Below are positions 58,050 through 64,000 of a stretch of 64,000 bases of DNA, in pieces. The DNA is from Candidatus Iainarchaeum sp. (GTDB lineage: Archaea; Iainarchaeota; Iainarchaeia; Iainarchaeales; JAAZKV01). The stretch covers positions 96,001-160,000 of the forward strand of contig JAPLVR010000006.1 in assembly GCA_026397015.1 (NCBI GenBank). The letters run 5' to 3'. A model generated the notes under the pieces. It ran no database searches and had not been told where the DNA came from. It saw only the letters and a program-made list of their open reading frames with translations. The position numbers and the translations under genes are program-made. How positions within the stretch are numbered: the stretch's first letter is position 1; each line of letters opens with the position of its first letter.

Positions 58050-60089
58050 ATGATAACTTCTATTACGCTTCAAAACTGGCGCACGCACAAAAATAGCACG
58101 CTCGAATTTGGGAAGGGAACTAATGTAATAGTCGGAATAATGGGTTCCGGAAAAAGCTCGGTGATAAATGCAATAAGTTACGCGCTCTTCGGAACTTTCC
58201 CCGCGCTACAAAGCAAACAGGTTTCTCTCGGCGAAATAATAATGGCGCGACCAAACAAATGCGATAATGCGAAGGTAATTCTTCATTTCGAGTATGGCGG
58301 CGGAAATTATAGGATTGAAAGAGAAATTTCGGAGGAAAAAACAAACTACTCAAAACTGTTTGAAGATGAAAAACTGGTTGCCGGACCGAAACAAAAAGAT
58401 GTCAACGAGGCAATTGAAAAAATACTTGAAATCAACTATGAACTTTTCAGCAGGGCGATTTACGCGGAACAAAACGAAATGGATTTTTTTCTCAAACTGA
58501 GCCCGCGGGAAAGAAAACAAAAATTTGACGAACTCCTTGGATTGGAGAAATATGAGAATGCAAGGAAAAATGCCGTTGCCTTGCAAAACCAATTTGCGAA
58601 AGCCAACAAAGAGAGAAACTCACTCCTAAAAGAACAAAAAAAATTGCACGACCCGAAAGAAGAGGCTGCGCTTCGAAAAAAAATAACTGCTGATGAAAAA
58701 GAACTCGAAGAGATTGAAAAGAAAATTACTGGGGCGAAAAAAGAGGAGAAAATGCTGAGAGAAAAGTTGAAAACCGAGGAAGAGAAGGAAAAAGAACACA
58801 AGCTTTATTCCGATTTGCTGATAAAGACAAATTCAAAAATTGAAACACTGCGGGAGCAGATTGAAAAAAGCAAGGCAATTTCACCCAAAGAAATAACAAA
58901 AAAAATCGAAAAGGCGGAAAAAACGCTTGAAGAAAGAGGGAAGGAACTTGAAGGCTGCGAAAAAGAAATTGAAAAACTGGAAAACGAATCCAAGAAACAG
59001 GGAGAAGAAGCGAGGGTTTGTGCGTACAAGAAAAAAGAGCTTGAGAGGGAATTAAAAGAAATCGCCCATCTGAAGGGGAAATGCCCCACCTGCAAAAGGG
59101 AACTTGATGATACACACAAAAACAAACTCGCGGAGGAAATTAACTCAAAAATTTCTGAAATTTCTGCCGCAGGCGAAAAATACGAAAGAGAAGCGAAAAT
59201 CTTTGAAGAAAAAATTGCGAAAGAAAAAAAACAAAGGCGGGCGCGCGAAGAGGAAATTAAAACTCTGCGAAAAGAATTTTACGAACTGGAGGCGGGGCAG
59301 AGGGGGGCAAAGGAAGCGGAAGAAAAGGCAAAGCAGTTTGAGGCGCTGAAAAATGAGCCTGAAAATTTGAAAAAAGAAATAAAGAAAATCGGGTTCAGCA
59401 AGGAAGAGCTGGAGAAGGCGAGAAAAGCGTTTTTTGAAAAGCAGTCGGCGGCGGAACTGCTCGAAGAAAAAGTTTCCTCAAAAAAAGAGCTCTTGAAAAA
59501 CTACGGAAACGGGTTGCAGAAAATCGCCGAGATGAAAAAACTTTTCGAGGAAACCGAAAAAAAAATTGAAAAAACCGAAAGAGCGGCAAATGCGCTCGGA
59601 GTTTTCGGAAATTGCCTGGCAGCAACGCAAACGAGCCTGAGAGAATCTCTAATTGAAACGGTAAATGACGCGACCTCGAACATATGGGAAAAAGTTTACC
59701 CTTACAAGGACTTCACTAACGCAAAACTTTCTATAGAAGAAAACGGGTATGAACTAAAAGTGCTAACGCGAAACAATGAATGGGTGAGGGTTGAAGGGAT
59801 ACTTTCGGGCGGAGAAAGAAGCGCCGCTGCCATCTGCATAAGAATTGCGTTCGCGCTTGTGCTCACAAAGAAATTGTCGATGCTGATACTGGACGAGCCG
59901 ACGCATAACCTTGACACGAACGCGGTTGAAACACTCGGAAAAATGCTGAGGGAAGAACTGCCAAGAATAATCGACCAAATATTTGTTATTACCCATGATA
60001 AACAGTTGGAAAGCGCGGCATCAAGCAATCTTTACACTCTGAAAAGGGACAAAAATTCCGACGGGGCAACTGTAATAGAAACAATTTAA
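58050..60089 (+). CDS. rad50: Rad50/SMC-family ATPase
   Basis: GIMGSGKSS, coiled coil with CPTC zinc hook, LSGGE, ILDEPT, ITHD. Confidence 0.88.
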   Translation: MITSITLQNWRTHKNSTLEFGKGTNVIVGIMGSGKSSVINAISYALFGTFPALQSKQVSLGEIIMARPNKCDNAKVILHFEYGGGNYRIEREISEEKTNYSKLFEDEKLVAGPKQKDVNEAIEKILEINYELFSRAIYAEQNEMDFFLKLSPRERKQKFDELLGLEKYENARKNAVALQNQFAKANKERNSLLKEQKKLHDPKEEAALRKKITADEKELEEIEKKITGAKKEEKMLREKLKTEEEKEKEHKLYSDLLIKTNSKIETLREQIEKSKAISPKEITKKIEKAEKTLEERGKELEGCEKEIEKLENESKKQGEEARVCAYKKKELERELKEIAHLKGKCPTCKRELDDTHKNKLAEEINSKISEISAAGEKYEREAKIFEEKIAKEKKQRRAREEEIKTLRKEFYELEAGQRGAKEAEEKAKQFEALKNEPENLKKEIKKIGFSKEELEKARKAFFEKQSAAELLEEKVSSKKELLKNYGNGLQKIAEMKKLFEETEKKIEKTERAANALGVFGNCLAATQTSLRESLIETVNDATSNIWEKVYPYKDFTNAKLSIEENGYELKVLTRNNEWVRVEGILSGGERSAAAICIRIAFALVLTKKLSMLILDEPTHNLDTNAVETLGKMLREELPRIIDQIFVITHDKQLESAASSNLYTLKRDKNSDGATVIETI

Positions 60090-60140
60090 GCAAAGCGATT
60101 TTCACCGCGCACAAAAAATAGAGATTTAATTAAAATCGAA

Positions 60141-60335
60141 TTATTGCTTTGCTTTTTGTTCTGCAAGCCTTGTGATGTAACCTGCGACAATATTCCTGCT
60201 CGGTTTTGAAAGGCCAAGCTCCATTGTATTCAGAAATTTTTTGTTCTTCTCATAGTCGCCGCCGACCTTATCCGGGAATTCCCTAAGCAGGACCTCAGAG
60301 CGGTATTTCAAAGACTTTGCAACAGATTTTCCCAT
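60141..60335 (-). CDS. rps17e: 30S ribosomal protein S17e
   Basis: DYEKNKK, SKPSRNIVAGYITR. Confidence 0.9.
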   Translation of the reverse strand: MGKSVAKSLKYRSEVLLREFPDKVGGDYEKNKKFLNTMELGLSKPSRNIVAGYITRLAEQKAKQ

Positions 60336-60360
60336 GAAAACACCAAATTAAACTTGCCAA

Positions 60361-60567
60361 TTATTCCAGGTCAATTACTCTTGTTTTGCCGTTGGGATAC
60401 TTCCTCAAAATGCTCAGGGGCAAAACATGCTCGTTGTATTCTTTCTCGGAAACTTCAAGCATTGACATTTCCCTAGTTCCCTTTACCATCGGAGGCGCGC
60501 CCAGCGAAAGCTGAAGGCTCCTCGCGGATAAAACCCTTGTCATCTCAAAACGAGTTAATCTTACCAA
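60361..60567 (-). CDS. rpoK: RNA polymerase subunit K (Rpo6)
   Basis: LTRFEMTRVLSARSLQLSLGAP, LPLSILR; TTG start after GGTGA. Confidence 0.92.
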   Translation of the reverse strand: MVRLTRFEMTRVLSARSLQLSLGAPPMVKGTREMSMLEVSEKEYNEHVLPLSILRKYPNGKTRVIDLE

Positions 60568-60640
60568 CGGCTCACCAACAAGAATAGGTTCAAGAGAAGC
60601 TTTAAAAAAGTAATCCTGAAACAAGCCCAAATGACTGTTA

Positions 60641-62143
60641 TTATGCCCAACGGGAATTCCGTCTCTCAATTTTTGAGCTCAAAGAAAAAGCCCTTATCTC
60701 CGGCTGAGGAAGGCAGTACTCCTTCGAAAAACTCTTTGCAAGTGCAAGAGAAGAAAAGCCCCTCACAAATGCCCCTTTTTGGTCGGCATAAAGAACGCGA
60801 TAACCGCGTTTTTCGGAAAACTCTTTAAACTTGCAGATCGTTGATTCCTGGACAGAGTTTATCGTGCCCGCAATTGAAGGCGAGAAAAATTTTGAGTTGA
60901 GATTCATCAGTTGAAAAGGAATTTCCATTAAAATTCCGCCGAGCAACCTCGCTTGAATCATGGAAAACCAGTAAACGGGATCTGTTTTGGTGAAAAGAGA
61001 ATGACCGGATTTTTCAACATAAGAATTTAGCGCGACAATTTCAGAATTTATCCCGGAAATTTCTTTTGAAAAAAAGCTTTCCTCGTTTTTGCAGAACCAG
61101 CTTAGCAAATGGTTCTTTCCAAACGACGCCTTTTCATTTGTGAGAAGGCGCTTTGCGTCGCCCAGAGGCACTAATTCTTTTTGCCCGTTAAAAAAAGGCC
61201 CGACAGGATAGTTTTTCAAAAAAAACTCCCTTCTTTTCTCCAAGCGAGCTTCATGGAACGGCTTTTCATCGTGAAATTTTTTTGAAAAATTGTTTGAAGA
61301 GCTCTCAAAAAAAACCGCGTCTTCATTAAATATTACTTCAATCATCGAATCCGGGTAAAGATTTTTGTCGTCAACTGTTATTGGGGAACAGCAGGAACAA
61401 TTCTTTGTCTCCAGACCAATATTGAAAAAATTTTTGGTGAACATTTGAGCCCACACCGGAGAAAAATCTATTTCAGAGATATTTTCATAGTGGCCGAGCG
61501 GGGCAAACTCTTTTACGGCATAAAATTTTTCATTTTCTTTGAATGTAAATGGCATGCCTGTTTTGAAATACATATTCTCCAGAAAAATTTCGGTGGCGTC
61601 CTTTGAAGATTCCGGTGCATTTTCCATTTTTACCGAAAGAATGCGTGAGAGCGCCGCTTTTTCCACGAGCGCGACCGTTCCGTCTTCATCAATTCGAACC
61701 GCTTCGCCGAAAGGAATTTTTTTTGTCAGAAAAAAACCGATATCGGAAAAATAATTTTTTGTTTTCATCGGGCCGAAATCTGTGAGTTCGAATTCGTCAA
61801 AAAATTTCCATTTATTTTCCAGCAAAAATTGCCTTTCCGGTTCGAGGAGCAGCGGCTTTTCTCCAAAGGCTCGTGCGAAAACATTCGATATTTTTTTTAG
61901 TTCTGAAAATGAAACGGTTTCGATGCGCTTCTTCTCATTTTCCCCCGAAACCTTAAATTTTTTGATGCCAAGGGAGAGCAGCAAATCTTCAAGCTGTCCG
62001 TTCGAAAGCTTCGTGGAGAAATTAATGAAAGGAAAAAAGGTAAAGCGGTGCGCTGCCTTTTTGCTTTCGTCCGAGAACTCGGCAAGAACCTGCTGCTTCT
62101 CCTCGCGGTACGCTACATTAGTCAAGTAAGCGTGTGTTGGCAT
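60641..62143 (-). CDS. Degenerate (probably inactive) family B DNA polymerase-like protein
   Basis: Motif A relic EIDFSPVW...NIGLETKNCSCC; motif C relic RVLYADQKG. Confidence 0.7.
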   Translation of the reverse strand: MPTHAYLTNVAYREEKQQVLAEFSDESKKAAHRFTFFPFINFSTKLSNGQLEDLLLSLGIKKFKVSGENEKKRIETVSFSELKKISNVFARAFGEKPLLLEPERQFLLENKWKFFDEFELTDFGPMKTKNYFSDIGFFLTKKIPFGEAVRIDEDGTVALVEKAALSRILSVKMENAPESSKDATEIFLENMYFKTGMPFTFKENEKFYAVKEFAPLGHYENISEIDFSPVWAQMFTKNFFNIGLETKNCSCCSPITVDDKNLYPDSMIEVIFNEDAVFFESSSNNFSKKFHDEKPFHEARLEKRREFFLKNYPVGPFFNGQKELVPLGDAKRLLTNEKASFGKNHLLSWFCKNEESFFSKEISGINSEIVALNSYVEKSGHSLFTKTDPVYWFSMIQARLLGGILMEIPFQLMNLNSKFFSPSIAGTINSVQESTICKFKEFSEKRGYRVLYADQKGAFVRGFSSLALAKSFSKEYCLPQPEIRAFSLSSKIERRNSRWA

Positions 62144-62167
62144 GAAAAGTGGTTTATTTTCTTTTAT

Positions 62168-62557
62168 TTAAAAAGGCTTTGAGGGTTCCATGCCGGTGGA
62201 ACCGAAAAACCTGGTTCGGCGGATTTTGCCCCGCATCCTTCTTGTCGGCAGATGTTTCATCCGAAAAAGTCTTAGAGAAGCTTTTGGATCGGCAACATTT
62301 CTTGCAACGGTTTTGAAAACGGAGCCGCTTCTTCTGAGGCGGGCATCTTCTTTCGCTTTTCTCGCAAATTGTTCCCGAATTGATTTTGAAAACAAATCAA
62401 CTTTTTGTTCGCGCGACAACTTTGAAGGTTTTGTTCGAAATGGTGCAGCGTCGCGAGCCCGCCACGCGCCGAATACTTCCTTCACGGCGGCGTCTGCCCG
62501 CGCATGTTCACGAACGCTTTGATTAAGTCTTCTTCTGAAAAGCGCCCTTCTCACCAT
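62168..62557 (-). CDS. Arg-rich hypothetical protein
   Basis: 129 aa; ATG after GGAG; very basic. Confidence 0.65.
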   Translation of the reverse strand: MVRRALFRRRLNQSVREHARADAAVKEVFGAWRARDAAPFRTKPSKLSREQKVDLFSKSIREQFARKAKEDARLRRSGSVFKTVARNVADPKASLRLFRMKHLPTRRMRGKIRRTRFFGSTGMEPSKPF

Positions 62558-62656
62558 TCAATCTCCTAATGAGAATTCGGTCTTTGAAGGATATAAATTT
62601 TTTGGGTGCCGCTTAAATGGGTTTTTAATCCGAATAAAAAAATGTCAAGCCAAAAA

Positions 62657-64000
62657 TCACAAAAAAGTGTCCGCCTCATCTTCCGCCGATTCCTGCGAGG
62701 CGGCATACATTTTCGCGGCTTCCTCAAGCGAAAACTCGTGCTTGCTCGGCTGCGACTTTCTGTTGCGCACCCTGAAAAAGGTCGGCGCATTAACTGCCTC
62801 GCCCAAAAGCAACGCTTCACCTACACGAAGGGAAGAGACAAGGTCCATGCTAGATTTGTCAAGGGCTTCGCTGCTCTGTGCAATATGATCCAAATCGTAG
62901 GGATTGGTTATTCGCAAAATTACATTAGTATTGCAGTTTGCAAGAGTTGTAGTGTCAAGGTGCTTTGGGCGCTGGGAAATTATCACAAGAGAGGCGCCGA
63001 ACTTCCTTCCTTCTCTTGCAATCGTCCGCAGTATTCCCTTTGCAATCGCATGCTCTTCCCCCGTTTTTTCAGGGATGAAGTTATGCGCCTCTTCAAGGAA
63101 AAGAGAAAAGGGCGGAACTCTTTTGGAACGCCTTGAATGGAACAATTTGTGCGCAAAGTAAGCGACAATTATCTGTTTCTTGCGCTGTGAAATAATCCCG
63201 CTTAAGTCGATTACCGTTAACTGCCCGGATTTAACCAAATCTAAAACGCTTGGGTTGTCAATCTTTGAAAACAAATCCAAGTCTTCGAGCTCGCCGACGG
63301 TTGCCAAAATCGTTGAAGCGGTTTTTTCATTCAAATCCGACTGCATCACCTCTGTTTTAATTGTGTTTAAATCGAAGGGACCGACACCAGATTTCATCTC
63401 CGAAGAAAGTTTTGAAATTATTGAGGAAAGGTCGCGCCTTTGGGGCGTTGAAAGTTTCGGCAAAATCATTGAGAGAAACGCAGAGTCAAGTTTTGAAGCC
63501 GCAATCTTAACTTTTGAAGCGTCAACAATCCGCGTTTTCGAAGAAAAATCAACATATTTTTTATCCTTCACGGGCTCGCCGAAACACGTGTACTCGCCGT
63601 GAATATCAAAAACAATTACTGCCACCTGCCCCTGTTCTTTTTTCCGCGAAAGCAATTCTTCTATCAGCGACGCGGCGAAAACAGATTTTCCTGCTCCGCT
63701 CAACGCAAGGACTGCAAGATGCTTTTGCAGCAAACGGGAGAGATTTGGCGAAACTTCAACGTTGTGAAATTGCATCGTTCCAAGCTTCAATCCCTCGTTG
63801 TCGAAACCCAAAAATTCTGTCAACCGCGAATCATCAGCCTTGAAAACTTTTGTTCCGGGAGAAGGGGGAAAGGTGGTGCGCTCAACAATAACTTTTCCTT
63901 CGGAATTTTTTTTGAACACACCGAGCGGCTTCGCCTTTCCGAGCAAAAACTCCCATTCGGCGGTCGGAAACTTCCTCTCCAACTCCTCTCCGATTTCTTT
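62657..64000 (-). CDS. herA: HerA/DUF87 family helicase-like ATPase (5' end outside window)
   Basis: KHLAVLALSGAGKS, FDIHGEY, LEEAHNF, IAREGRKFG, ISQRP; frame open to the window edge. Confidence 0.9.
   Translation of the reverse strand, partial: KEIGEELERKFPTAEWEFLLGKAKPLGVFKKNSEGKVIVERTTFPPSPGTKVFKADDSRLTEFLGFDNEGLKLGTMQFHNVEVSPNLSRLLQKHLAVLALSGAGKSVFAASLIEELLSRKKEQGQVAVIVFDIHGEYTCFGEPVKDKKYVDFSSKTRIVDASKVKIAASKLDSAFLSMILPKLSTPQRRDLSSIISKLSSEMKSGVGPFDLNTIKTEVMQSDLNEKTASTILATVGELEDLDLFSKIDNPSVLDLVKSGQLTVIDLSGIISQRKKQIIVAYFAHKLFHSRRSKRVPPFSLFLEEAHNFIPEKTGEEHAIAKGILRTIAREGRKFGASLVIISQRPKHLDTTTLANCNTNVILRITNPYDLDHIAQSSEALDKSSMDLVSSLRVGEALLLGEAVNAPTFFRVRNRKSQPSKHEFSLEEAAKMYAASQESAEDEADTFL

Overview
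A 64-kb archaeal chromosome segment. The archaeal informational genes, GGTGA-type ribosome-binding sites, lysine-rich proteins and lack of metabolic genes suggest a DPANN lineage, possibly Diapherotrites/Iainarchaeota-like (inference, not confirmed). Housekeeping genes include Orc1/Cdc6, PheS/PheT, Cdc48, topoisomerase IA, RFC-S, NreA, ThrRS, ABCE1, Pelota, Elp3, Taw3, ThpR, CCA-adding enzyme, EF-1beta, Rad50, S17e, RpoK and HerA. There are three tRNA genes: Ala-CGC, Gly-CCC and an intron-containing Arg-TCG. A dispersed type IV pilus system comprises two ATPases, two TadB/TadC-like proteins, a prepilin peptidase and about 16 class III signal/pilin-like genes. Most notable: (1) a small island at the tRNA-Ala 3' end encoding a radical SAM/SPASM enzyme resembling tyramine-excising 'spliceases', next to a two-helix membrane protein ending in two TMxxYGPAPP repeats, a candidate membrane-anchored RiPP-like system; (2) an integrase-less ~1-kb cassette bounded by tRNA 3'-end direct repeats and inverted repeats; (3) an unannotated very basic protein with two HMG-box/YABBY-like motifs; (4) a set of highly basic orphan proteins, several inside the pilus locus; (5) an apparently inactivated family-B DNA polymerase.
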